From positions 3,720,001 through 3,784,000 of the forward strand of contig OX337235.1 in assembly GCA_946965045.2 (NCBI GenBank): a stretch of DNA of 64,000 nt, given 5' to 3'. The DNA is from Epithemia pelagica (lineage: Eukaryota > Protista > Bacillariophyta). Shown here piece by piece: positions 1 to 12,028 of the stretch; within the stretch, counting starts at the first letter, position 1, and each line of letters begins with the position of its first letter. A program made the translations under genes and the position numbers. The notes under the pieces are model-generated. The model was given only the letters and a program-made list of their open reading frames with translations, was not told the DNA's origin and searched no databases.

Positions 1-2
1 TT

Positions 3-551
3 GACTCGGTGGAGTATTTGGACTTTGCAAAGCCCTGCTACAATGAGGAGAGAAACGGCTCTCTGTCTACATTCATTTCCTCCTTGTCTGGCTGGACGAC
101 TCACTCTGATCTGGTACTTTCCAACCCACGATATTCTTGTGCAGTGGTTGCCGTTGGATCTTGTCTGGTGGTGACGGAAAACAATCGAACCGTGCAAGTC
201 CTGGATACGAAGCGCAACCGCGTGTGGAATCTCCCACCATTAGAAAATCGCCATGACGACGGCAGTATGGTGACTGTTGGCAATCAAGTTGCCCTGATAG
301 GGGGAATGGACAATCCTTCCTGTGCGACATATTCATTAGTCGACAGGAATACGTGGTGTTTTCGTCGACTCTGTGAGCAGCCTCGGAATGTACGGTATCA
401 GTGTCATGAAAGATTGGGGAACGGAGACGTCAATACTACATCCTGCACCATCTCGTCGTCGACTCTTAAACGATTGAGGACCCTAGATTATCCTGATTGT
501 GACCAAGGGGAGGATGACACTGGAAATGTACAACAGGTTGCACGACCATGA
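3..551 (+). CDS. Kelch-repeat protein, 3' part (5' end lies upstream of the window)
   Basis: Frame is open from the window edge. C-terminal blades (VAVGSCLVV, VALIGG, DRNTWCFRRLCEQ) align with the full-length paralogs at 3088 and 7848. Confidence 0.85.
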   Translation, partial: DSVEYLDFAKPCYNEERNGSLSTFISSLSGWTTHSDLVLSNPRYSCAVVAVGSCLVVTENNRTVQVLDTKRNRVWNLPPLENRHDDGSMVTVGNQVALIGGMDNPSCATYSLVDRNTWCFRRLCEQPRNVRYQCHERLGNGDVNTTSCTISSSTLKRLRTLDYPDCDQGEDDTGNVQQVARP

Positions 552-1149
552 GCCCGGAAACTATCTCAGGTGGTCATTATACTCTCGTACAAAAGAGGGG
601 ATCGTGCCAATACTTAATTACGTTGTGAATCATGTAAGTTAATGAAATACTTTTCAATCTCTATACCTAGACTGGAGTGGCTTGCTCTGCCGGAAAAGAC
701 ATTACAGTAGACGGAGATCAAAGAGCAACTCCTTGCATGTTACATTGCATATGACCGCACATGAATAACCTTCTAAAGCCATGACGTTTGTGACAGTCGG
801 ACCCATGCGACATGGTCAGCTATCCTTGTAGTTGATAATGAGCGACCCACTAGACAAAACGGTTAGATCAACATGTTCTCTAGCAGAGCAGGAGGAACAG
901 GACAAGAAGGTGAAGCCATGATGATCTTTGTGGACTGTGTGCCATGATTGAGAGCCATGAAGGACAATACTAAAAGGCAGGTTCCACACGTCGAGGTCGA
1001 CAAGTCCCCAATGACAGAGTCTGTATTGGAACTATTTTGTGGTGGTTGGTGGAGAAGAACGAGTCATGTTGCCCTCGTGATTGAGGACATTGCTTGTTCG
1101 TGGCTGAAACCACACAGTCTGTTACCAACAAGAGGTTGGGGCCATGTTG

Positions 1150-1500
1150 CAAGGGGGAAGAGGAACATGGTTCAATCTATTCCCACGTGGGATACGCGTA
1201 TATCAGTTGAGCGATACTCTTCGCGCCGAGCTGTCCTTGGCCGTTGTTCAATTAATCGAACGTATGCCAAACGTCATTTGTCGCCATTGTTTTTGCAATC
1301 TGTTTCAAGTCATGGTCAATGTTCCGCTATTCGGAATTGCACTGCAGTCTCGTAACCAATGAATCATCCCATTGCCCCCCACATCGCAATTCGCGACTCG
1401 AAAGTGTCGCTATGGCGTTGACGCTCCGTTCACCAAAGCCAGAGATACCGCTTTGAGACCATTTTCGGATCTTGACAGCCTCCCAAGGGAACTTGTTCGT
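1150..1500 (-). pseudogene. Decayed RNI-like leucine-rich-repeat gene fragment
   Basis: Minus-strand pieces SENGLKAVSLALVN and KQIAKTMATNDVWHTFD*LNNGQGQLGAKSIAQL, with stops and frameshifts. Homologous to the better preserved copies at 4960-5590 and 9715-10340. Boundaries approximate. Confidence 0.45.
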
Positions 1501-2036
1501 CTTCCTCTTGGTGTTGCTGCCTTGTCGTTGTCCGATCATTTTCACATGAACATCATGGACGGATGGAACATCATGTGAACAAAGAAGAGGAAGGTGCAGA
1601 ATCTGACGGTTCCTCAGCTTTGCTGTGCGTCGTTGCAATTCATCTTTCTCGTTTCGTTGCTGGTTGATGCTGTAGAGCGCCTCGATCCAAAGAAAAGGCC
1701 CGAATAGTAGTATTAGTCATCTGTCTGTGTATATATACTTCACCATTCACCACACTTGAGATGACAGCTTCGACAGTATCTGCTCTCATCGTCTCGTCTC
1801 ATTTTTGTTCGAAAAAGAGGCAACAACCAACAGTTTTGGATTGTTCATCTGCGAGTGTTGATACTTCGTCGCTTTTGAGATGACAGCAAACAGAGCATCG
1901 CGACAATGTGCTCCCCGTCATCACATCAGTTTTGTTTTTTGTGTCATGAAGTCTATGTGCGAGCCGTACGCACTACAGACATCCTTTCACCTCCACACAT
2001 CACAGCAGCACACCACGACGTCGCAGATGACCACAC

Positions 2037-2167
2037 ATGACACTGCAAGAACAAAAGCATGTCTTGTCCTTTTCGACGAGAGAGAAGAATGGAATCAAGA
2101 GAACTGGCCTCCACTTGAGGTAGGAGGGAGTTGGTCTCATACATCGGTCGAACTGAATCATCCCGAT
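2037..2167 (+). pseudogene. Relic 5' end of a Kelch gene
   Basis: atgacactgcaagaacaa...gacgagagagaagaatggaatcaagagaactggcctccactt aligns to the Kelch N-terminus (LVLLDE..EW.E.DWPPL). It is frameshifted after the start and stops at HPD. Confidence 0.75.
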
Positions 2168-3087
2168 ATGGTTTACGACAATGACTGTCTGTGTCTGTGT
2201 GTTCGTCCATATCTCTCAAGTTCCATCAATTTCCAGCAGTCGCTCCGCCGCATCATGGGTTCCCTCACTTGGTAGATACTTGTCCATCTCAACCTGTCGG
2301 TGCTTCGAGAGTAAAAGACACCCAGAACCAGATGTTGCGAATGGTCCACAGTTTTTGTCCACGACATGGCATGCTGGGGTTCTGGGAGACACCACGATGC
2401 ACAGTACTATACTCGGAAGACTCATGATGAAAATTGCAGGATGACGAGGAATCGGAAGAAATGGACGACAACAATGACCGGACCAGTAGTACAACGACAA
2501 TGACAGACAGCAACAGTCATCCGGACTGCTGAGGCATTGCACCGAGGACCAGCAGTACTAGTAGCAGGATGGAACAACAACAGGTCGAATCGAATCACAA
2601 TCCATCCACGGCCTCTGCAGTGTTGTTGCTTATTCGTTGCGAACCAACAACCAAACAGACTGTGGAGCCTTTGCATTGCTGCAGTACTCTACCGCCCATT
2701 TTAAGTGGCATCCGCAACAACCACAAACTGACTGGAACGAATCGCACCAATTCTGACATTTTTGTTCTGCAAGTCTTGTCTGAGGATACCCCAGGGGTTG
2801 TCTGTCTCGCCGTGAGGTTTCTTTCGGTATCCAAAACTATCCACGGTGGTATTTCGAATGCATAGGATGCGAAAACTTTTTTCGTTTGGTGGGACTATTT
2901 CGGTCACGATTCGTCTCGCGACGACAGCGACCCATCTCGTTTCGATCCATCTATTTCGTCAAGTCAGTCCTGCTTCCAGTCCGCACCCATCAGAGCAACA
3001 GCAAGCACAGCAGCAAACCGAAGAACCTCTCACAATAAAGTGATACAGTGTCGATCCTCATAAATTCTCCAGTCACCGTTTGGAACC

Positions 3088-4341
3088 ATGGTCACGACAC
3101 TGAAAAAACAAGCATGGCAGTCGGGCCTTGTCCTTTTGGACGAGACAGCCGAATGGAATGAAACCGATTGGCCTCCTCTGAAGGGCAGACGGCGTTACGA
3201 TCATTCGTCAGTCGTAGTGGATCATCCCGATAAGAACAACAATCACAACCACAACGGACAAACTGTCGTCGTGATGGGAGGCATCGACGAAGGTTGGCAT
3301 GTTACCAATTCCGTTCTTGTATTGAATTTAGCAAAACCGGACAAGCAGTGGCAAGAAGGACCACCCATGAACCAGAGACGCCGACGACACGCCGCTGTTG
3401 TGTGCAACAGACGCATCTACGTGATTGGAGGAGGAAACGATGAAAGTCCTTCACATTTGGGTTCTATCGAAGGGATTCATGCCAACACCTTGATACCACC
3501 ATTTTCTACATCAAGCAACACACATGAGAGCCGTTGGACCACATTGAATTGTCGCTTATCAACGGGACGAGGTTTATGTTGTGCTGTTGCGGTGCACAAG
3601 CGATACATTGTGGTAATGGGAGGATACAACAGGGGGCAGAAGTCGTATTTGTCGTCGGTCGATATTGTTGATACCAGCAATCATACTGTCATTGCGGGAC
3701 CATCCATGAACGTTCGACGACAAAGGTGTGCCAGTGCAGTCATTGGTCACCGCATCTTTGTCGTTGGCGGCTGCACGCAACGAAAACACTCGGTGGAGTA
3801 CTGGGACTTTCCAAAGCCTTGTTACAATGATGAGATAAAGGAGGACACGACTGGTACAGTCCCTTCATTCTCGTCCTCTTGGACCACTCATTCTGATTTG
3901 GCGCTTTCCGACCCACATAATAGTTCTGCAGTGGTTGTTGTGGGATCTTGTCTTGTTGTCACGGGAGGATGGACTAAAGCCGTGGAAGTCTTGGATACCC
4001 ACCGCAATCGCATGTGGAATCTCCCACAATTCGAAAATCATCGTGAAGACTGCAGTATGGTGACTGTTGGCAATCAAATTGCCGTGATTAGTGGAATGGA
4101 CAGTCCTACCTGTGCGACATTACCACTAATGGACAAGAATACATGGTGTTTTCGTCAACTCTTTGAGCAGCCTCGGATTGAATGGTATCATTGTCATGAA
4201 AGATCGGGCAACGGAGATGTCAATGTAACATCCTGGACCATCTCGTCGTCGACTCTTAAACGATTGAGGACCCTAGATTATCCTGATTGTGACCAAGGGG
4301 AGGATGACACTGGAAATGTACAACAGGTTGCACGACCATGA
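3088..4341 (+). CDS. Kelch-repeat beta-propeller protein (417 aa, no BTB or F-box seen)
   Basis: Intact ORF with about 6 Kelch motifs (VVVMGG, IYVIGG, YIVVMGG, IFVVGG, LVVTGG, IAVISG) and typical R..H/C.A.V spacing. Confidence 0.9.
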   Translation: MVTTLKKQAWQSGLVLLDETAEWNETDWPPLKGRRRYDHSSVVVDHPDKNNNHNHNGQTVVVMGGIDEGWHVTNSVLVLNLAKPDKQWQEGPPMNQRRRRHAAVVCNRRIYVIGGGNDESPSHLGSIEGIHANTLIPPFSTSSNTHESRWTTLNCRLSTGRGLCCAVAVHKRYIVVMGGYNRGQKSYLSSVDIVDTSNHTVIAGPSMNVRRQRCASAVIGHRIFVVGGCTQRKHSVEYWDFPKPCYNDEIKEDTTGTVPSFSSSWTTHSDLALSDPHNSSAVVVVGSCLVVTGGWTKAVEVLDTHRNRMWNLPQFENHREDCSMVTVGNQIAVISGMDSPTCATLPLMDKNTWCFRQLFEQPRIEWYHCHERSGNGDVNVTSWTISSSTLKRLRTLDYPDCDQGEDDTGNVQQVARP

Positions 4342-4959
4342 GCCCGGCATCTATATCAGGTGGCCATTATACGCTCGTGCAAAAGAGGGGATCGTGTTTA
4401 TCCTTAGCTCCGTTGTGAATTATATAAGTTAATGAAATGCTTTTCAAACACTATACCTAAACTGGAGTGGCTGGCTCTGCCGGAAAAGACATTACAATAG
4501 ACGGAGATCAAAGAGCAACTCCCAGCATGTTACATAGCATATGACCTCACACGAATTTCCTTCTGAAGCCATGACGTTTGTGACAGTCGGACCAATTCGC
4601 CATGGCCAGCTATCCTTGTTGTTTCGTCCAGAGCCACAGCGACAATGAATGTGGCTTATTCTTGGCAGATCCGGTCTTTTGTGTACACTTGAGAGTTTGA
4701 TCAAGTCATGCGACAGACAACGGCGAGTACGACGAGCACGAAAACGAGGACGACTCCGAGCCATACGAAGGACGATACTATATTAGGGCAGGTTCCACAC
4801 GTCCAGGTCGACAAGTCTCCAACGACGAAGTCTGTATTGGAACTATCTTGTGTTGGTTGGTTGAGACGAACGAGTCATGTTGCCCTCGTGATTGAGGACA
4901 TTGCTTGTTCGTGGCTGGAAACACACAGTATGTTACCAACAAAAGAGGTTGGGGCCATG

Positions 4960-5590
4960 TTGCAAGGCGGAAGGTGAACATGTATGTGGTCCAACTGATT
5001 CCCACGTGGGATACGCGTATGTCAGTTGAGCTGTACTCTTCGTACCGAGCTATCCTTGGCCATTGTTCCGTATATCCAACGTATGTCAAACGTCATTTGT
5101 CTCCATGGTTTCTGTAATCTCTTTCATATCTTTGTGAGTCATGATTGAATATCCAACATTCATTTTCCGCCATTAGGAATTTAGCTGCAATTCCGTAGAC
5201 AATGAAATCACCCCATCGTCCCCCATACTGCAACTAGCCACTCGAAAGTGTCGCCATAATACCGTTAACGCTTCGTTCGCCAAAGCAAGAGACATGGCGT
5301 TGAGACCAACATCGGACATGCTTGCGAGCCGGAGATCAACCGTGGCCGATTGCCAAAGCCAAGCTCTGTACTCCTTCATCGGAAATCATAGGCATGGGGA
5401 GACGGAAAAAAGATGAGCATGAAATGCATGTGCTCCCAGTCAACCAATTTGGATATGAGACAGATTCATGCAACGCCAATCGCAATTGCTCTTCATCCCA
5501 TTGACCACAGCTAATGTACACCACAGTATCATCAAGATCCGAATCGGCCTGGTCCACGATATGCCAGTTCGTGTTCTTTTGCAACATGCC
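4960..5590 (-). pseudogene. Decayed RNI-like LRR gene, convergent with the Kelch gene
   Basis: ISDEGVQSLALAIG / MSDVGLNAMSLALANEAL / CSMGDDGVISLSTELQLNS / TMETNDV*HTLDIRNNGQG*LGTKSTAQL fit the L..N..L..L.L..N.IG..G...LA pattern. Contains stops and frameshifts. Confidence 0.55.
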
Positions 5591-6305
5591 TGTAATGAAC
5601 GTGTGATTCCGTGATTGCCCATACGATTCAGGTCACTAAGCAACAAGCGGACCTTGAGCTTAGCAGCGGCAGCAGCCACGACCCTCTAGAAAGCACAAGC
5701 GACTTCCGCCAGCAATGCAACCGATCCTGTCATGACTGTCTCCCAATGGAGCTTCTGTTCTTTTTCCTTTTGGTGTTGCTGCCTTGCCGTTGTCCGTCCG
5801 TTTTCACAGGAACATCATGGATGGATGGAACACTGTCGTTGGACTTTTCATGCGGTCTTTTGTGTGTTGGTGATTGTCGGTCAAGTTGATTCGCGTCGTC
5901 TTGGTTTTTCGTTTGTTCTTGTCACGCAGAAACGAAGGAGTATAGTCAAGACTAATTGCTGGAAGACAAACAAGAGGAAGGTGGAGAATCTCGTGGTTCC
6001 TAAGCTTTGGGTGCGTCGTTGCAATTCATCGTTCTCGTTTCGTTGCTGGTTGATGTTGTAGAGCGCCTCCATCCAAGGAAAACGTCCCGAATAGTATTAG
6101 TCATTTGTAGCAACAACCAACAGCGTGTTGGATTGTGCATCTGTCTGTGTAGATACTTCGCTTTTGAGATGAAAGCAAAAACAGAGAGCATCGACAATGC
6201 TCCAAACTGTCACGGGTTTTGTTGTTTGTGTCATGAAGTCTATGTGCGAGCCGTACGCACTACAGACACCCTTTCCGACATATCTCCACACACCACGACG
6301 TCACC

Positions 6306-6416
6306 ATGACACTGCAAGAACAAAAGTGTGCCTTTTGTCCTTTTCGAAGAATGGAATCAAGATGAGGGAGGAAGGAGTTCGTCTCGTACATCGGTCGTAC
6401 TGAATCATCCCGATAT
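6306..6416 (+). pseudogene. Relic 5' end of a Kelch gene (internally deleted)
   Basis: Homologous to 2037-2167. Confidence 0.65.
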
Positions 6417-7091
6417 GGTTTACGACAATGACTGTCTGTGTCTGTGTGTTCGTCCATATCAGTCAAGTTCCATCAATTTCCAACCATCACATGCACTTCG
6501 AGAGTAAAAGACACCTAGAACCAGATGTTGCGAATGGTCCAGCACAGTTTTTGTTCACGACATGGCATGCTGGGGTTCTGGGAGACACCACGATGCACAG
6601 TACTATACTCGGAAGACTCATGATGAAAATTGCAGGATGACGAGGAATCGGAAGAAATGGACGACAACAATGACCGGACCAGTAGTACAACGACAATGAC
6701 AGACAGCAACAGTCATCCGGACTGCTGAGGCATTGCACCGAGGACCAGCAGTACTAGTAGCAGGATGGAACAACAACAGGTCGAATCGAATCACAATCCA
6801 TCCACGGCCTCTGCAGTGTTGTTGCTTATTCGTTGCGAACCAACAACCAGACAGACAGTGGAGCCTTTGCATTGCTGCAGTACTCTACCGCCCATGGCAA
6901 GTGGCATCCGCAACAACCACAAACTGACTGGAACGAATCGCACCAATTCTGACATTGTTCTGCAAGTCTTGTCTGAGGATACCCCAGGGGTTGTCAGTCT
7001 CGCCGTGAGGTGTATTTCGGTATCCAAAACTATCCACGGTGGTATTTCGAATGCATAGGATATGCGAAAACTTTTTTCGTTTGGTGGGACT

Positions 7092-7659
7092 GGGTCTTTA
7101 CTGAAATGTTTTTATCATAAACATAACATAAAACATAAACACAACGCAAATTTATGTAGGGCTCATAACCCGCTCATAACCTATTGGTTTTGTTTGAGTT
7201 TATGATTCGTCGCTTGGTTATGAGGCATGAATTCATGCCTCATAACCGTTGTGTTCAAACATAACACAAAACACATCCGAAAAATTCTCAACGCATGCCC
7301 AGCACCGGGCATGCGCATGAAAATGGACACGAGTTCCCCACCAGATTCATGGGACTCTCTTGTTGGAACTTTGCCGAGATGATACACTGGTACGCTGGGT
7401 ATGTCACTTCCACTCAATGCTTGATGAGGAAGAAGGAAGAAGGAAGAAGAATCATCAAGCTTGACCATCACACTAGCACCTTTTTTTGATGCCAAAGAAA
7501 AGCAAGGCAAAAGCATAGAGATGCGTCGGATTGAGGGGGGAAACTTTGGAGAATTTTTGTGTTCCCGCTGTTATGTTTTATGTTTTGCTATAACGAGGCA
7601 AAAACTTTGTGTTTATGTTTTATGTTATGTTTATGATAAAAACATTTCAGTAAAGACCC
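7092..7659. mobile_element. PIF/Harbinger-type MITE (568 bp)
   Basis: Perfect 53-bp TIRs (7092-7144 / 7607-7659) starting GGGTC, with 3-bp TSD ACT (7089-7091, 7660-7662). The paralogous empty site gggACTatttcgg is at about 2891-2903. Confidence 0.9.
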
Positions 7660-7847
7660 ACTATATTACGGTCACGATTCGTCTCGCGACGACAGCGACC
7701 CATCTCGTTTCGATCCATCTATATTTCGTCAAGTCAGTCCTGCTTCCAGTCCACACCCATCCGCACCCATCAAGAGCAGAAAACCCACGAACCTCTCACA
7801 ATACAGAGTCTCGATCCTCATTAATTCTGCAGTCAACGCTTGTAACC

Positions 7848-9095
7848 ATGGTCACGACACTGAAAGAACGAGCATGGCAGTCGGGCCTTGTACTTTTGGA
7901 CGAGAGAGCAGAATGGGATGAAAACGATTGGCCTCCTCTCAAGGGTGGATGGCGTTACGATCATGCGTCAGTCGTACTGGATCATAAGAACGACCATCAC
8001 AAGCACAACGGAGAAACTGTCGTCGTGATGGGAGGAAAAGACGAAGGTTGGCATATCACCAATTCCGTTGTTGTACTGAATTTAGCAAAACCGGACAAGG
8101 AGTGGCAAGAAGGACCATCCATGAACACGAGTCGTCGTCAACATGCTGCAGTTGTGTGCAATGGATACGTTTACGTGATTGGAGGAGGAAACGATGAAGT
8201 TTTTTCACATTTGGATTCTATCGAACGGATTGATGCCAACAACTTGCTACCACGATTTTCTACATCAGGCAACACACATGAGAGCCGTTGGACCACATTG
8301 AATTGTCGGTTATCAACGGGACGAGGTTTATGTTGTGCTGTTGTGGTGCACAATCGTTACATTGTGGTAATGGGAGGATACGACTGGGAGCAGGAGTCCT
8401 ATTTGTCGTCGGTCGATATTGTTGATACCAGAAATCGTACTGTCATTGCTGGACCATCCATGAACGTACCTCGCGACTTTTGTTCTAGTGCGGTTGTTGG
8501 CCACCGCATCTTTGTCGTTGGCGGCTGCACAGAACGAATACACTCGGTGGAATACTGGGACTTTCCAAGGCCTTGTTACAATGATGAGATAAAGGAAGAC
8601 ACGGCTGCTACAGTCACTTCATTCTCGTCGGCTTGGACCACTCATTCTGATTTGGCGCTTTCCGACCCACATAATAGTTCTGCAGTGGTTGTTGTGGGAT
8701 CTTGTCTTGTTGTCACGGGAGGATGGACTAAAGCCGTGGAAGTCTTGGATACCCACCGCAATCGCATGTGGAATCTCCCACAATTCGAAAATCATCGTGA
8801 AGACTGCAGTATGGTGACTGTTGGCAATCAAATTGCCGTGATTAGTGGAATGGACAGTCCTACCTGTGCGACATTACCACTAATGGACAAGAATACATGG
8901 TGTTTTCGTCAACTCTTTGAGCAGCTTCGGATTGAATGGTATCATTGTGATGAAAGATCGGGCAACGGAGATGTCAATGTAACATCCTGGACCATCTCGT
9001 CGTCGACTCTTAAACGATTGAGGACCCTAGATTATCCTGATTGTGACCAAGGGGAGGATGACACTGGAAATGTGCAACAGGTTGCACGACCATGA
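7848..9095 (+). CDS. Kelch-repeat beta-propeller protein (415 aa)
   Basis: ATG at 7848 corresponds to the paralog start MVTTLK. The longer 7461 ORF call runs into the MITE. Confidence 0.9.
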   Translation: MVTTLKERAWQSGLVLLDERAEWDENDWPPLKGGWRYDHASVVLDHKNDHHKHNGETVVVMGGKDEGWHITNSVVVLNLAKPDKEWQEGPSMNTSRRQHAAVVCNGYVYVIGGGNDEVFSHLDSIERIDANNLLPRFSTSGNTHESRWTTLNCRLSTGRGLCCAVVVHNRYIVVMGGYDWEQESYLSSVDIVDTRNRTVIAGPSMNVPRDFCSSAVVGHRIFVVGGCTERIHSVEYWDFPRPCYNDEIKEDTAATVTSFSSAWTTHSDLALSDPHNSSAVVVVGSCLVVTGGWTKAVEVLDTHRNRMWNLPQFENHREDCSMVTVGNQIAVISGMDSPTCATLPLMDKNTWCFRQLFEQLRIEWYHCDERSGNGDVNVTSWTISSSTLKRLRTLDYPDCDQGEDDTGNVQQVARP

Positions 9096-9714
9096 GCCCG
9101 GCATCTATATCAGGTGGCCATTATACGCTCGTGCAAAAGAGGGGATCGTGTTTATCCTTAGCTCCGTTGTGAATTATATAAGTTAATGAAATGCTTTTCA
9201 AACACTATACCTAAACTGGAGTGGCTGGCTCTGCCGGAAAAGACATTACAATAGACGGAGATCAAAGAGCAACTCCCAGCATGTTACATAGCATATGACC
9301 TCACACGAATTTCCTTCTGAAGCCATGACGTTTGTGACAGTCGGACCAATTCGCCATGGCCAGCTATCCTTGTTGTTTCGTCCAGAGCCACAGCGACAAT
9401 GAATGTGGCTTATTCTTGGCAGATCCGGTCTTTTGTGTACACTTGAGAGTTTGATCAAGTCATGCGACAGACAACGGAGAGTACGACGAGCACGAAAACG
9501 AGGACGACTCCGAGCCATACGAAGGACGATACTATATTAGGGCAGGTTCCACACGTCCAGGTCGACAAGTCCCCAATGACGGAGTCTGTATTGGAACTAT
9601 CTTGTGTTGGTTGGTTGAGACGAACGAGTCATGTTGCCCTCGTGATTGAGGACATTGCTTGTTCGTGGCTGGAAACACACAGTCAGTTACCAACAAGAGG
9701 TTGGGGCCATGTTG

Positions 9715-10340
9715 CAAGGCGGAAGGTGAACATGTATGTGGTCCAACTGATTCCCACGTGGGATACGCGTATGTCAGTTGAGCTGTACTCTTCGTACCGA
9801 GCTATCCTTGGCCATTGTTCCGTATATCCAACGTATGTCAAACGTCATTTGTCTCCATGGTTTCTGTAATCTCTTTCATATCTTTGTGAGTCATGATTGA
9901 ATATCCAAGATTCATTTTCCGCCATTGGGAATTTAGCTGCAATTCCGTAGACAATGAAATCACCCCATCATCCCCCATACTGCAACTAGCCACTCGAAAG
10001 TGTCGCCATAATACCGTTAACGCTTCGTTCGCCAAAGCAAGAGACATGGCGTTGAGACCAATTTCGGACATGCTTGCGAGCCGGAGATCAACCGTGGCCG
10101 ATTGCCAAAGCCAAGCTCTGTACTCCTTCATCGGAAATCATAGGCACGGGGAGCCGGAAAAAAGATGAGCATGAAATGCATGTGCTCCCAGTCAACCAAT
10201 TTGGATATGAGACAGATTCATGCAACGTCAATCGCAATTGCTCTTCATCCCATTGACCACAGCTAATGTACACCACAGTATCATCAAGATCCGAATCGGC
10301 CTGGTCCACGATATGCCAGTTCGTGTTCTTTTGCAACATG
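9715..10340 (-). pseudogene. Decayed RNI-like LRR gene (second tandem copy)
   Basis: Same as 4960-5590. The ORF piece 9838-10131 is longer here (..LQLNSQWRKMNLGYS..TMETNDV). Confidence 0.55.
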
Positions 10341-11059
10341 CCTGTAATGAACGTGTGATTCCGTGATTGCCCATACGATTCAGGTCACTAAGCAACAAGC
10401 GGACCTTGAGCTTAGCAGCGGCAGCAGCCACGACCCTCTAGAAAGCACAAGCGACTTCCGCCAGCAATGCAACCGATCCTGTCATGACTGTCTCCCAATG
10501 GAGCTTCTGTTCTTTTTCCTTTTGGTGTTGCTGCCTTGCCGTTGTCCGTCCGTTTTCACAGGAACATCATGGATGGATGGAACACTGTCGTTGGACTTTT
10601 CATGCGGTCTTTTGTGTGTTGGTGATTGTCGGTCAAGTTGATTCGCGTCGTCTTGGTTTTTCGTTTGTTCTTGTCACGCAGAAACGAAGGAGTATAGTCA
10701 AGACTAATTGCTGGAAGACAAACAAGAGGAAGGTGGAGAATCTCGTGGTTCCTAAGCTTTGGGTGCGTCGTTGCAATTCATCGTTCTCGTTTCGTTGCTG
10801 GTTGATGTTGTAGAGCGCCTCCATCCAAGGAAAACGTCCCGAATAGTATTAGTCATTTGTAGCAACAACCAACAGCGTGTTGGATTGTGCATCTGTCTGT
10901 GTAGATACTTCGCTTTTGAGATGAAAGCAAAAACAGAGAGCATCGACACAATGCTCCAAACTGTCACGGGTTTTGTTGTTTGTGTCATGAAGTCTATGTG
11001 CGAGCCGTACGCACTACAGACACCCTTTCCGACATATCTCCACACACCACGACGTCACC

Positions 11060-11168
11060 ATGACACTGCAAGAACAAAAGTGTGCCTTTTGTCCTTTTCG
11101 AAGAATGGAATCAAGATGAGGGAGGAAGGAGTTCGTCTCGTACATCGGTCGTACTGAATCATCCCGAT
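11060..11168 (+). pseudogene. Relic 5' end of a Kelch gene
   Basis: Copy of 6306-6416. Confidence 0.65.
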
Positions 11169-12028
11169 ATGGTTTACGACAATGACTGTCTGTGTCTGTG
11201 TGTTCGTCCATATCAGTCAAGTTCCATCAATTTCCAACCATCACATGCACTTCGAGAGTAAAAGACACCTAGAACCAGATGTTGCGAATGGTCCAGCACA
11301 GTTTTTGTTCACGACATGGCATGCTGGGGTTCTGGGAGACACCACGATGCACAGTACTATACTCGGAAGACTCATGATGAAAATTGCAGGATGACGAGGA
11401 ATCGGAGGAAATGAACGAGAAAAATGACCGGACCAGTAGTACAACGACAATGACAGACAGCAACAGTCATCCGGACTGCTGAGGCATTGCACCGAGGACC
11501 AGCAGTACTAGTAGCAGGATGGAACAACAACAGGTCGAATCGAATCACAATCCATCCACGGCCTCTGCAGTGTTGTTGCTTATTCGTTGCGAACCAACAA
11601 CCAGACAGACAGTGGAGCCTTTGCATTGCTGCAGTACTCTACCGCCCATGGCAAGTGGCATCCGCAACAACCACAAACTGACGGAAACGAATCGCACCAA
11701 TTCTGACATTTTTGTTCTGCAAGTCTTGTCTGAGGATACCCCAGGGGTTGTCAGTCTCGCCGTGAGGTGTATTTCGGTATCCAAAAACTTCCACGGTATT
11801 TCGGATGAATTTGAGGCGTGGTCTTCTTCATTTTGTGGGACTTTTGCGGCCCATGTGTCTCGCGACGAAGCTACTCATCGCTTGTGTTTCTTTCCATCGA
11901 TTTCGAGAAGTCAGTCGTGCTTCCAGTCCGCACCCATCAGAGCAACAGCAAGCACAGCAGCAAACCGAAGAACCTCTCACAATACCGTGTCTCGATCGTC
12001 ATAATAGTCAACGTTTGGAACCGTGAGC

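Larger units (their letters stand above)
3870..11786 (+). repeat. Near-identical direct tandem duplication (about 3870-7030 = 8625-11786, period about 4.75 kb)
   Basis: Sequence matches at offset 4754-4757 from the Kelch 3' end through the whole intergenic block, with only scattered substitutions and small indels. Confidence 0.9.

Noticed and set aside
7159-7181. GGGCTCATAACCC in the MITE matches the tRNAi-Met anticodon arm
   Set aside because: It is one of many CATAAC/CATAAA subterminal motifs in the MITE. No cloverleaf, A/B boxes or adjacent LTR, so probably coincidence.
7461-7847. 544-aa version of the Kelch ORF
   Set aside because: Start is TTG inside the MITE; paralogs start at the position equal to 7848.
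948-11784. Many 60-135 aa ORFs repeated in the spacers
   Set aside because: They recur only because the DNA is duplicated; lengths and frames change between copies with indels.
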